The position numbers were made by a program, and so were the translations under genes. This document shows positions 49,063-61,207 of a DNA stretch of 64,000 nt, in pieces. Source of the DNA: Felis catus (Eukaryota); contig NC_058368.1 in NCBI RefSeq assembly GCF_018350175.1, positions 95,110,001-95,174,000 of the forward strand, written 5' to 3'. Below the pieces are notes generated by a model, which was not told where the DNA came from, ran no database searches, and saw only the letters and a list, made by a program, of their open reading frames with translations. How positions within the stretch are numbered: position 1 is the stretch's first letter; every line of letters begins with the position of its first letter.

Positions 49063-49295
49063 GGGGCGCCTGGGTGGCTCAGTCGGTTAAGCCTCTGACT
49101 TTAGCTCAGGTCAGGATCTCACAGTTTGTGAGTTCAAGCCCTGCATCGGGCTCTGTGCTGATAGCTCGGAGCCTGGAGCCTGCTTCAGATTCTGTGTCTC
49201 CCTCTCTTTCTGGCCCTTCCTCTCTCGAGCTCTGTCTCTCTCTCTCTCTCTCTCTCTCAAAAGTAAATAAACATTAAAAAAAAATTTTTTTTTTA
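49063..49295 (+). mobile_element. Feline CAN-SINE
   Basis: Flanked by acaatagtg. Confidence 0.92.
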
Positions 49296-49311
49296 AATTA
49301 CAATAGTGTCA

Positions 49312-49510
49312 GGGTACCTGGGTTGCTCAGTCGCGTAAGCGTTCAACTCTTGATCTGCACTCAGGTCATAATCTCACCGTTTGTGGGTTTGACTCCTGCA
49401 CCGGGCTCCTCATTGACAGCGCGGAGCCTTCTTGGGGTTCTCTCTCTTTCCCTCTCTCTGTGCCCCTCCCCTGTGTGCGCTCTCTCTCTCTCTCTCAAAA
49501 TAAATAAGTA
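49312..49510 (+). mobile_element. CAN-SINE (older)
   Basis: Flanked by acaatagtgtc. Confidence 0.9.
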
Positions 49511-50136
49511 ACACAATAGTGTCCTTGCCTAGAGAACTTCCAAATCTAGCTGGCAAGATGGGTCCTACATGGCATACTAAAAGCTAACCAAAACACCCAA
49601 ACCTGAGACTGCTTCTCAGGGTAATAAAATTTCAAATAACAGAGAAGATGGTGTTCTGAGGTGGACAGGAAAGGTTCATTCGGAGTTAGAACTTAGGAAA
49701 GATGTGTAGGATTGAGATGCATCAAGGGGCAGAGGTGAGGCTTTGTATATGGCGGGGTGGGGGGAAGAGGCAGCATGGGCAAGGGCATGGAGTCTGGCCT
49801 GGGCACGTGACCACATGAGCACGGCCGATGTGCGAAGAGAGGCCACTAACCTGGCCAGCCTGGCGTGGACTTGAGAAAGAGAGAGGGCATCAAGGCCAAA
49901 CCATGGAGAGCCCAGACCTGTGGTTTGTTATCTTAATACCACCCTTTGACCAGCCCTATGGGGGAAGGGGGGTGACAGTAATTTGGACCGTAATGGAGGT
50001 TGAAGGGAGATACGGGAACTCCTACTGGTACCTCCAGCCCACACTCTCCTCTTGGTTTTGATTCCACCACAGTCAGCACTCAGTTCTTGGGCTTAAAAAT
50101 TTCCCATTGTTGAACGAGCCTTATCTCTCCCTAAGG

Positions 50137-50318
50137 CAGTGACTTTCAAACTTGGGTGTGCATCGAAACCTTTGGGGTCTTACTTTAAGTGCTGATGTCT
50201 GGGACCCATTTCCTACCCCACACCCAAGTTCTGATTCGGTAGGATTCAATCAGGTCTTGGGGATCTGCATTTTTGCAAGGGCCCGTTGTGCTCCATGGAC
50301 CACGCTTGGCGAATATAG
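50137..50318. mobile_element. MER5-like hAT MITE with 8-bp TSD
   Basis: cagtgactttcaaactt start; ttctgattcggtagg..atctgcattttt..ggaccacgctt; TSD ccctaagg. Confidence 0.8.
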
Positions 50319-50396
50319 CCCTAAGGAGTAAGTAGTCATAGGAGCAGTAAAAAAGTCAGAAGTTGGGCAGCCAGCAAAACACATTTTAAACACATA

Positions 50397-50417
50397 TTTT
50401 TTTTAAGTTTTATTTAT

Positions 50418-50465
<48 letters not shown>

Positions 50466-50602
50466 AGACTGCAAACCCCAAGCAGACTCCACACTGTCAA
50501 CACAGAGCCTGATGTGGGGCTTGAACTCATGACCTGTGAGATCATGACCTGAGCCAAAACCAAGAACTGGATGCTTAACCGACTGAGCCACCCAGGCACC
50601 CC
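50397..50602 (-). mobile_element. CAN-SINE with long (GA)n
   Basis: Reverse copy. Confidence 0.9.
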
Positions 50603-52984
50603 AAAGGCATTTGTAATGGAAGCAAGCTACACGGTGAGTTACTAAGACACTGTTCTTTGATGAAATTCCAGCACCGTCCAAGCCATTCTTATCTTTCTCA
50701 TCATTTGGGAGGTTACCTTAACTTGATGAGTAGTGTGATATGTGCAGTGGGCATGGAAATGATCCGATTTCCAGAAGCCCAGGTAGAGAGAATATTAAAG
50801 CTCACCTTAATCCAAGGACATGCTGAGAGCAGCCACTTGAATTTATGTTTTGCTATCAGCTGGACCCAGAGTAGCTCATTTTACACCACAATTAGTAGCA
50901 AATTACAGTCAGACTGACTTTCAAAAGAGCTGGTTACATTCTGCTAGGAAACAATTTAAAGGATCAGATCGGTACCGCCACTAAATCAAACAGGCTCATC
51001 TGGCTCCTGAGACCCGGACCTCCCAGCCTCCATACCACTGGACTCCCCACAAGGTCACACCATTTGAGTGTGACACCTGGAATCCGCTGATAGGACGTGG
51101 TACAGATTGGAATGTGGGGTCCGGTTTTGTATGAGTGAGCCTACTCAGGGCCTGAATTTGAAGAAATTGTAAAAAAAATATATTATTCTTCTAGCTAGCA
51201 GGGTAAAACCTCCATAATACCTACTGTACCAGAAATCCTTATTTTCTCTGTGTTTGCCACTTTCTTGCAGTTTTATAATGAGAGAAAGCAGAGCTGAGAA
51301 GTCTCCTAGTGAAGAAAACACATTCTGGACTTAATCCCACTTTCCTTTTTTTTCTTTTGAACCTGCCAGCAAAAAGTGTTTGGCCTCATTGTATGTGATA
51401 CTGGCTGGAGAGAGTCAGGTGTTCATTAGGGAATGCACAGAGCTTTCGATCTTAAGGTTAAATGAGTACAACGTAGCTGCCCTGACTCTACCATGCCACA
51501 TCACAAAGCACCTATAATGCCTAGAGTTAGGGAAACAAAATCCCCCACCATTTGTGAATCTCCAACAAAAGGCACCAAAGGCAACCCTCAACTCACTTAT
51601 GGGTAGGCAACCTTCCATGTCCCATAGACAATACAAGGCAGGGAAAGAATGTTGTTGAATTGAAACCGATTTTGAATCCAAAGCCAACACCCTTTTCAAA
51701 AATGTAAAACATTTTGCTGTTTAGAATATCTACTAGGCACTGAATGGGTAGGTTGCTGGCAGTTCTCCAGGACCACCCAGTTTTTGACTCCCACCCAGCT
51801 CAACTTCCAGCTTCCGATCTCCAGCTCAACTTAAAGGAGAGACACTTACCCTAAAAGACATCTTGCTTGTTTTCTTCTTTCACGTTCTCTAATCATTCAC
51901 CACTTAGAACAGATGGGTTGGCCATGCTGAGGGTAGCTACAGACATATTCTGAGTTTTCATGTCCTATATTAATACACCGAGGAAGAAAGTGACAGAAAC
52001 CCTGGACCTGAGCTCCTAAACATTTTGGAAGTGGATGGAGGGAGATCTGTGTCCACCTTCCTAAGCTGGGCCTCTCGGCAGCCGAGAGTGGGGTGGGTGC
52101 CCATTCTGAATGATGCCTGGTTTTTTTTTTTCACTCCCTTCTCTGCATCATAATGAAATCTCTGACCTGACAGTTGTCTCGTTTCACCTGTATCAGATAT
52201 GAAATAAAGGGTAAATTCTCAAGGTAAAAAGGAAATGAAATGACCCATTTCCAAGATGGAAGGGGAGGCTAGAGTCCTCCTATCATTTGATAAGTGTGTA
52301 TTACCTCCAGAATCTGTGTGTCAAAAGTGAAACTCCCTGGCATATTTGCAATCTACACTTGGATGTGTTTTCAAGGTCCCAGTAATTTGGACTCTTCAAA
52401 GAATCTGGGTTGAGGTGCAAGGCTGGAGAAGGGTGTCTGTAGGACAGGGATCTGCTTGAACCTCTCCTCCATGCTTCCCTTCCATCTGTCCACCTCTTGT
52501 CCTCTTGCTCAACAGAAAGTGCGACAGGAGCCAAGGAGGAAGCAGCATTTCCAATCTCAACGCAACATTTTTAGGTGTGCCGTTGAACTTGTTAACTACA
52601 CACGTTTATTGAGTTGGCTGTATTCAGGTTGAATTCTGGGATTGCCTCTGGGATTGGGGTCTTAAAGGGAACCGGAAAGAACCCTTGTGATCCCCTCTAG
52701 GGCAGCCTTCTTAGTCTTCTGGGGATTCTATAGACTGTGATCCAACCTGCCATCCAGCTCTGAGGTCTGCCATTCCTTTGCTGCTTATTTCTTTTCTCTC
52801 CCTCAGTCATGGATCACCTCGGTTTTCCATGGGGTCATCAAAATCGTGGCGCCCAGCCTACTGACTTTACAGCGGACAACGCCATGGCCTGTGAAACTTG
52901 AGTGACTTCTGTACACATCTGCGTGTGCTCCTCTCCTGACTTTTCCATCCCTTACGTGTGAGTATGTGTGTGAGAGAGAGAAAG

Positions 52985-53180
52985 GGCTGATATTTATTGG
53001 GATTCTGTTGCATGCCAGACTAGAAGCTTTTTATACATTATCTTCTTGAGCCTCTTATCTGCTCTGTGACCTAGGTGTTACTATGACATGTACTGGAGGA
53101 GAAAATAAAGGCTCAAAGAGGTTAAATAATTTGCTCAAGATTGCGCATCCGTGGGGAGCTGGGATAAGGCTGCCCATCTG
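52985..53180 (-). mobile_element. MIR fossil
   Basis: gaggagaaaataaaggctcaaagaggttaaataatttgctcaag. Confidence 0.7.
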
Positions 53181-53364
53181 ACTTGGCCCAGGACCGTTCC
53201 ATTATACCCTGTTTCTAGGGCCCTGCGTGGGGCACTGCCCATACCTTTAGACATAGGAAGCTGCTTCTCGTGGGGGATGAGAGGTTGGCTGGGCAGAAGC
53301 CGGCTCATGACCTCAAAGGATGTGCATCTTACCTCTGCAGCTTGAGGCACAGGAGGGGGCTCAC

Positions 53365-53365
<1 letters not shown>

Positions 53366-53396
<31 letters not shown>
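53366..53396. repeat. (TG)n microsatellite
   Basis: Direct repeat. Confidence 0.95.
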
Positions 53397-53398
<2 letters not shown>

Positions 53399-53999
53399 GC
53401 CTGAGGACAGCAGCCTGGTGAGAGGGGATATTCTGCTGCTCTCACATCACCCATCCCACTTCTCACCTTTCCCCTTTGAGGATCTTTTTCTTTCTAAATT
53501 GACATCAAGAGGAGAAAAGGATCTTGCAGGGGTGTTAACGATAAGGACGCTAGTATTATAAGGACATGGTATTATGTCAGATGACAGAGATGCTTCCAGG
53601 GAGCAGGTTGGGGATGGGGAGGTGGAGGGAAAAGGAAGAAAGCAGGTGTCTTCTCTTTGGGGGATAAAACTCTCAGGTCACCCTGCCTGTCAGGTACGTA
53701 CCAAACAGGAGGACATGATTTCCCAGGCGCTTGGCAGAAGGGGTTTGTGGGGTTCAGGTTTCCCGGGCATGAGTGTGGAGGCTGGTTTCCTCATCAGGTG
53801 GCCCTCCAAATGGAGGTAGGAAAGGAGGTAAGTGAGGAGGGAATTTACACTTATTGGTCAGGTGCGTTTCAGGTGCAAGGCTCCTGGTTTTACCTGCGTC
53901 TCTTCAGAACCAGAGAAAACAGTGCTTCCTGCCTTCAGGAAGGGCTGGTTTGGACCTTGTGCGTCCTTCTGCTAAGACTATATCTGTGTGATAAATGTT

Positions 54000-54256
54000 T
54001 TCTTTCTTTTTTAGAGGGAGGCAGTGTGTGTGTGTGTGTGCGCGCGCACGCGCGCACGCGCGTGGATGCACGTGCGTGCGGGTGCACATGTGCCCAGGGC
54101 AAGGGCAGAGAGGGAGGGAGAGAGAGAATCCCAAGCAGGATCCACACCGTTCAGTGCGGAACCCGACGCAGGGCTTGAACCCACAAGCCATGAGATCATG
54201 ACCTGAGCTGAAATCAAGAGTCAGACGCTTAACCAACCAAGACACCCAGGCGCCCC
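54000..54256 (-). mobile_element. CAN-SINE with (TG)/(CG) expansion
   Basis: Reverse copy; gtgtgtg-cgcgcgcacgcgcgcacgcgcg tract inside it. Confidence 0.9.
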
Positions 54257-54379
54257 AATATTCAGCAAAGTTTTCTAACCTGGGACCTCTCTTGGAGGAA
54301 ACCCTCTGAAAAGTAAAACCCATAGTCCATGATTTCTTCTGTCTTCATTCATTACGTTTGTCTTTCAAATCCCACTTTT

Positions 54380-54818
54380 TCTTTTTCTTAAAAAAATTTT
54401 TTTTAATGTTTATTTATTTTTTTTTCAACGTTTTTTATTTATTTTTGGGACAGAGAGAGACAGAGCATGAACGGGGGAGGGGCAGAGAGAGAGGGAGACA
54501 CAGAATCAGAAACAGGCTCCAGGCTCCGAGCCATCAGCCCAGAGCCTGACGCGGGGCTCGAACTCACGGACCGCGAGATCGTGACCTGGCTGAAGTTGGA
54601 CGCTCAACCGACTGCGCCACCCAGGGGCCCCTAATGTTTATTTTTGAGAAAGAAAGAGAGCGAGCGTGAACAGAGGAGGGGCAGAGAGAGAGGGAGACAC
54701 AGAATCTGTAGGCTCCGGGCTCAAAGCTGTCAGAGCCCTAAGCAGGACTCACAGTCACGAACCATGAGATCATGACCTGAGCCAAAGTCAGATGCTGACT
54801 GAGCCACCCAGGCGCCCC
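54380..54818 (-). mobile_element. CAN-SINE (outer) hosting a nested SINE
   Basis: TSD aatcccactttt(t)cttt; body 54632-54818. Confidence 0.88.
54411..54631 (-). mobile_element. Very young feline CAN-SINE (nested)
   Basis: CpG-intact; ggcgcagtcgg/cagccaggtcacg variant; TSD taatgtttattt. Confidence 0.92.
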
Positions 54819-56154
54819 TGAATCCCACTTTTCTTTAAAGTGGGATTTGACTTTAGCTCCTTTTTAGGATGGCAAATTGCCAAAAACCTTTGTTTTTGTT
54901 TTTGTTTACATCTTTGCAGAACAAAAAGTTTGCAGACTGGTAGAGCTATTTGAATGCAGGTAATCCCAAGGAAAAGTCCGTAGAATCCAGCCAAGCGTGG
55001 ATTTCGCTTTCAGGAAGCGTAGAAAGCAGCTTTCGGGAGGTCAGAGGAAACTGAAGTTGTTTTATTATTTTACACAGGAAAACAAAACCCCAAGACACAA
55101 GAACAACATCACACAGGTTCCCAGTGCTTTTAGTTGTCGTGAATACCCACTGCTCTTTTCCACACGAACCTTGTTAGGAATCCAGATTTATGACTGCTGC
55201 TTTGATGACAGTGGAGAAGTCAATCCACTAGCATGTTTTTGGTTGGCCAGATTATCACTGAAAGAAAAAAAACCAGAAAACACTACAGAAGTGTGCACTC
55301 CTGATGGCCACACCAGGCTTTTGCATTTCTTTGATAATTCTTTCACCTTGTCCTCCTTCAGTACAGCTGGGGCTGACCTACTTTGTTCCTTCATTATGGA
55401 GTTTTGCATAGGTAAGAATAATAAGATGAGGAAGCTCTGATGTTAAAACTCGTCCCTGGAACTCAGCAAGGCTTCCCAGCCTCAAATCCCTGGGCCGGCC
55501 TCATGAATTTTATTTATGCATTCATTTATTTATATGATGTCTGGTGCTGAGACCTGCATGAAAAATTAAAGCACAAATTCATCAGAAGGACCCGCAGTGG
55601 TGCGAGATTAAAATTTGAACCCCTGAACTCTCTGACACCTTCTGCGGTAGAAAGAACTAGATCATTACTGAGCTTCACAAACAAAGGAAGCTCTCTTCTT
55701 CTCCCCCAATAAGGGAAGGGGCAGACCTGAGAATACTCACACCGCTCAAAACATCACTCACAACATCCCAAACCAAAACAAAAGCAGTGTGCCAAAGGGC
55801 CAAACAGACAGGCGAAGAAATCAGCAAGCCCTGGTGAGTTGCCAGATTTGGCTTCTGGCTGTTTGCCCTGTGGGGGGATTACGTAATTCCCAGACGAGAG
55901 CCCTCCCCTGCCTGCGAGTGAATTTCAGCCTGTCCTGTTAGGCTTTTCCTCCTAAGGACTGGCAGCCAAAATAGGTGAGAATCTCACTTCCTCTGATGCA
56001 GCGAGGCTGCTGATTGTTATTAGGTGATTTTGTTGTTAGTGTCCCTGGGATGGGGTGGAAGGGAGCGCCGTGTTTGTAAGATAATAGAATGAATTCCACT
56101 CCTCTCTTTCAAAAAATTAACTAAATGGCTTCTATTTTACAGCCTTGTCTTGTC

Positions 56155-56368
56155 TTTCCTTTCTTTCCTTTCCTTTCCTTTCCTTTCCTTTCCTTTCCTT
56201 TCCTTTCCTTTCCTTTCCTTTCCTTTCCTTTCCTTTTTAGTTTATTTATTGATTTTGAACAAGAGAGGGAGAGAATCCCAAGCAGGCTCCACACAGAGCT
56301 CGTGAACTATGAGATCACGACCTGAGCCAAGAGTTGGACGCTCAACCGACTGAGCCACCCAGGCTCCC
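56155..56368 (-). mobile_element. Internally deleted CAN-SINE with (TTTCC)n tail expansion
   Basis: (tttcc)n 56155-56235, then a shortened reverse SINE. Confidence 0.85.
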
Positions 56369-56469
56369 TATTTTATTATTTTATACAATAAAACAAATGG
56401 GCAGAATAAATGGGCAGAACGTACACTCCATGGACAGGGGGTGGGGGTGAGGATCCTTCAGTTGCCTGG

Positions 56470-58390
56470 GTCCAGCTCATGGCTCAACCAGCAGCCATGT
56501 CCTCTCCATGACCTCCCCCAACAAGGTCCCCTGTGACCAACTGAGGAAAGAGGTAAAAGGCCAAAGAGAGTTTTCAGATGAGTTGGCTCTTAGTGTTTGT
56601 TGTAAGCTGACAGTCGGCTGCTGTCCTGTAGCTCCGTACAGGGGCTGCTTGAAAGAAAGAGTGAAGAGAAATCCTCTCAACAGGGATTTGGGAGATGTAT
56701 CTGATTAGCCACTCTGTGTTGAGAGACAAGTAGCCAAAGGAACAATAAATATGGGCTCATGGTCAGTAATCAAGGGCTGGTCTGCTTGATGAGGGTGATC
56801 CAGAGGGAGAAAGATTGGAGGAGACGTGACAAAGAAGTCTGGGGAAGAAGGATATGGAAGCATCTATGGGAGGGAGCATGATATGTTGCAAACTCGCAAT
56901 TAAACGTGAATGCTCAACAGAGAGCATCCATTCACCATGGAGGAGACACTAAACAACCAAGTTGAGAAAATGCCTTGGCCAGTGATGTCAATCCTTGGAC
57001 ACTCCAATACTGGCAAAAGGGGCTTTGTGCCATGGTGGCAGGGATGAAAGCTATGCATGGGTTTCTAACAGCATGGGTTTCCTCTCACCACGGGTGATCT
57101 GCCCAACATTCTAGGGATAGAGACCAATAATGAGCTGCTAACTTGGCATCATTCTCTGTGGAGACTTGTCGGTAAGTGATTACATTCAACCGCTGCCATC
57201 TTGAAGGAGCAGCAAGTCATGTTGACTGAATTAACATGGACACCGGACATAGGATTGCTTTTTCTGCCTGGAGGCATCCACCAGCATGACTCTCAAAGGG
57301 CTTGTAGAGCGCTCAATTGACTGACACAGGATCCCACGCCATTGGACTGAGAGACTCAATTGTAGACATAGAGGTGTGGCAGTGGGCGCATGACCGTGGG
57401 ATCCACTGGCCTGGTCACCTACTGTGTCATTCAGAAGTTGCTGGCTTCAATGAAACAGCTTCCTAACAGCCACTGAGGATTCAGCTTAGAGATGATATGC
57501 TATGAGGATGGGCCCCATCCTCAGGACACTGAATGCACCCTACATCAAACACCATGATATGGGGCTGTGTCACCAGTAGGTAGCAAGTGTGAGCCACACA
57601 CCAAGGAGGTGTGGCTTTGCTGGTATCATTCCCAGTGACCCACTTAGGGCAGTGTTGCTTCTTGTTACTGCACTTCACGGCTTTCTGGGTTTAGATACCT
57701 CACTTTCCAGAAGGAGAACATTTCCATCAGGAAACTCAGCAGGTGTCACATTAAGCTTTAAGCCCTATCTGCTGACTGACCTTTGTGCCAGAGTCTTCGA
57801 AGCAAGGGAAATAATCTCCATCCAAGCAGGGGTAATAGACTGGGATGATCAGGAGGAGGTAGGGCTACTGTCACATCCTGGGGTGTCTCTTGGAACTCCC
57901 TTACCCATTCTTTTAAAAGTGTATTTATTTTAAGAGACAGTGACAGAGCCCACGAGGGGCTTGATCCCACGAACCATGAGATCATGACCCAAGCTGAAGT
58001 CAAGAGTCCTTTGCTTAACTCACTGAGCCCGCCCAGGCGCCCCACCCTTAACTCATTTTTAACAATAAATAGACAAAGGCAGTGGCCACAGCCTGAGAAG
58101 GGCATGGTGACCACGGGCTCAGAGCATGTCATTGATGAAGGTCAGGGTGAGCCCACCAGGTCAACCCCTTAGACCCACAACGGTGCTAGCTGAGAGCGAG
58201 ACACATCTAAAGCAATCGCAGAGTGGAGAGATGATGTGTATTGGTGACCTTGAGACCAGCTGCCCCGACGACAGCCGTATTTCATGTTACTAGCCTTCCT
58301 TAAGAGGAAATTTACCCAGAAAAACAGGCCAGCCAGAATCCAGGAGGAGCTATTCCCAGATCTTCCCTTTGAAGAACGTGGATCCACGTG
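56470..58390 (+). mobile_element. Decayed ERV-L internal region (RNaseH, integrase, dUTPase; HERV16/ERV3-16A3-like)
   Basis: Translated fragments in ERV-L pol order: VPCDQL, KEVWGRRIW (56831), VNAQQR (56906), LNNQVEKM, HGGRDESYAW (57031), EVWQWAHDRGIHW (57371), YGAVSP, PSDPL, AGVIDWDDQEEVGLL. Many stops and frameshifts. Confidence 0.88.
57910..58044 (-). mobile_element. Internally deleted CAN-SINE inside the ERV-L
   Basis: Reverse head gagcccgcccaggcgcccc; flanks ccctta..catt. Confidence 0.85.
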
Positions 58391-58394
58391 GCCC

Positions 58395-58825
58395 AGGGCT
58401 GAGCTGCCAGATCCCCCTCTTGGACAGAGGAGACCATCGCCGCAGCTTCAGAGAACATTCGTACTCGGTGACCCAGGCCTCTCAGCCGAGGCCCTCTCCG
58501 GGAGCTGCCTTCCGCTAAAGAGAGCCAAGGTCACTCTCCCCCCAGGTCACAGCCCGCTCCCCAGAGGCAGCCCCCGTCCAGCATGGGGTCAGCGTAATGG
58601 CCCATCTCGCTTGCAGCGAGCAGGACATCTGGGAAGGCTCATCCCAGTCCTTGGATCAATTGAGGACTTCAATTGCCACGTCCCGGCCTTTCAACCCCTC
58701 CCTCTGCTTCTTCCGTCTCTGTTACTCCCTCGCACGTGTGGGGCTTGTGAATGCTTCCCAGTGGACTTCCTGCCTGCTGATCTCTGTCTCAAGAGCTTTT
58801 TCCCGACGGCACCAACTTCACCTCA
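58395..58825 (+). mobile_element. LTR16A-like 3' LTR of the ERV-L
   Basis: ccagatccccctctt, ctctcagccgaggccctctccgggagctgcc, cccaggtcac, ctgatctctgtctcaagag..ttcccg. Confidence 0.75.
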
Positions 58826-59212
58826 GAGCACTTTCGCCCGCCATACTTTTGACGCACTCTCCCTGAATTATCCTAATTTGGGAGTGTCTTCTGAATCCTG
58901 CTGGGACCCTCACTGATGGGAGCAGGGACCCAGGGGAGGCCTGACTGGTAGGGGTGTCTGGCCCGTTCTACGGTTCTAAATTCCGTGTTAGTACGAGCAC
59001 CCACTCTCAGATGGAAACCATATCCTTAAACCTACAGAATCAGCTTGATAAAGATATTTTGGCCTCTATGTTAATTCTGTGTTTAAATTCACGGGATTTA
59101 ATCCCGTTTCATTCCTCAGGGGAAGCTACTCACTGGTTTCTCCTTCAGAAACCCTAACTCCGTCGAGCACAACTTGTACCAGGTTTGGCTCATGCAAGGA
59201 TGCCTTTCAGAC

Positions 59213-59325
59213 AGTGTGTTTGTGTGGTATGTTTGTGAGGTGTATGTGTGGTGTATGTTCGTGTGGGTAGGATGTGTGATGTGTGGTGTGTGTGGAGGCA
59301 TGGGGGTTGGTCTGTGGTATACGTG

Positions 59326-59359
<34 letters not shown>

Positions 59360-59435
59360 TGTATGTGGTATGTGATGTGGGGGGCATGTATGATGCGGGC
59401 ATGGTGTGTGTTGTTTATATGGTGTGTGATGTGGG
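59213..59435. repeat. GT-rich low-complexity tract including (TG)n
   Basis: Degenerate tgtgtggtatgt array. Confidence 0.9.
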
Positions 59436-60115
59436 GCGGGGGAGAAGCATCTAGCAAGCCTGAGCTCCTTTCAGTAGGACAGCTGTTATCACCTCTGTTA
59501 TCACCTGGGCCCTTAGAGTCCAGGCAGGTTGATTGGATCTCTTTCATTCTCAAGGTTATTTAAGCCATTGATGTATTCTGTGTCTAAAATCTCTTTTCTA
59601 AAAATTATTTCTCATTACAGAATTAATAAGTGAATTCATTCTCGTTCTTGAAAAAATAATTCAAACATTCCAGATAAGGCTAAAATTCCTTTTGACTGTC
59701 ACACCAGTCCCCTCCCCAGAAGACAGACCATTACCTTGCAGACCTTTTCCAAATTGGCAGTATCTATTTAAATTAAAGTTCATTTTCTTTGGCCTGGAAA
59801 TTCTACTTTTCAGAAGTTACACTTACGAAAACCCATTGAATGCACAGGAGAATGACTGAACCAGGATATGTCTCGTGGCATTGTTAATAATGGCAATAAA
59901 GCTAAACACCTTGATGGCGGTCTACATAAATTGTCATCTATTTATACAGTGACGCTGTATGCAGTAGTGAAAACAGTGAGGTGGGTCTGTGAGTGCGGAC
60001 GTGGAATTATCTTCAGGAGGCATTGTTGAGTGGAGAAGAAGTTGCAGTTACTAGAATTCTATTTTATCAGGGCTATTTAGGAAAATGATTCCCTGATAGA
60101 GATGACCTGGGTTAG

Positions 60116-60235
60116 GGGCACCTGGGTGGCTCAGTTGGTTAAGCATCGGACATTGGCTTAGGTTGTGATATCACAGTGAGTTTGAGTCCCCACGTTGGGC
60201 TCTGCACTGACAACGCAGAGCCCGCCTCGGATCTG

Positions 60236-60287
<52 letters not shown>

Positions 60288-60355
60288 CTCCCCTGTGCTA
60301 GCTCATGTGCACGATCTCTCAAAACATAAAACATTAGAAAACAAAAAAGAAAGGA
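60116..60355 (+). mobile_element. CAN-SINE with TSD
   Basis: atgacctgggttaggg on both sides. Confidence 0.92.
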
Positions 60356-60828
60356 AGAAATGACCTGGGTTAGGGACTCAGGAGCAGGGATAAGAGTAAT
60401 GAGTCCTCTCCCGTGCCTTTTCTTTCCACTTTCCTTTATGACTTCTGCCTTCCCCTTTGCTCCCCATTCTTCCCTCTCTTAATCCCCTGGCCTCGTGGCT
60501 TAAAATTGGGAGCCCAATCTACCTACTCTGAACCGTTTCTGTTTACTGTCATCAACAACCAGCGCGGCCCATCCAAACTGGTAGTCGAAGTGTCAAAACA
60601 AATGGATCCATTGCCCACGCCCCAGCTCACACGATCCGGTGAATGAATAATTGAGCAGCGGTAAGAGTGTCCGTTTTATGGAAACCTGCTTGCTTTGGCT
60701 CCTATAAAAGCCTCAAAGATAATCCAACAATTTGACAAAGTTACAAAAAATATATATGGAGGAAAGTAACTTCAAGGATGGGTGACATTATGAAAGTCTA
60801 GGGTTTGCATTAAGGAAAGGGCACGCTG

Positions 60829-61060
60829 TGGGGCACCTGGGTGGCTCGGTAGGTTAAGTGTCTGACTCTTGGTTTTGGCTCAGGTCATGATCTCATGGTT
60901 CTTGGGTTCAAGCCCCACCTCAGTCTCTGTGGTGATGGTATGGAGCCTGCTTGGGATTCTTTCTCTCTTCCTCTCTCTGCCCCTCCCCTGCTCATGCTTT
61001 CTCTCTCTTGCTCTCAAAATAAATAAATAAACTTGAAAAAATAAACAATTTTTTTTTAAT
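60829..61060 (+). mobile_element. CAN-SINE
   Basis: ggggcacctgggtggctc head; aataaa tail. Confidence 0.9.
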
Positions 61061-61207
61061 TTAGATGTCCCAATTTTAAAATATATCCCAGTTCTTAAAA
61101 ATTTTAACAAATAGATGTCCCAATGCTAGAGGATCTGGGAATAAAATTGTATGGAAAATGGTCACAGGAACTGGACCTTTGTAGCTGAAAGAAGAAACCC
61201 AAGGGTA

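Noticed and set aside
54997..55440. 147-aa ORF in unique sequence
   Set aside because: Non-ATG start and no family I recognise; length is compatible with chance. A BLASTp or PhyloCSF hit would change this.
58284..58916. 210-aa ORF (longest in the window)
   Set aside because: Runs through a GC-rich LTR16-like LTR, with no env or gag motifs.
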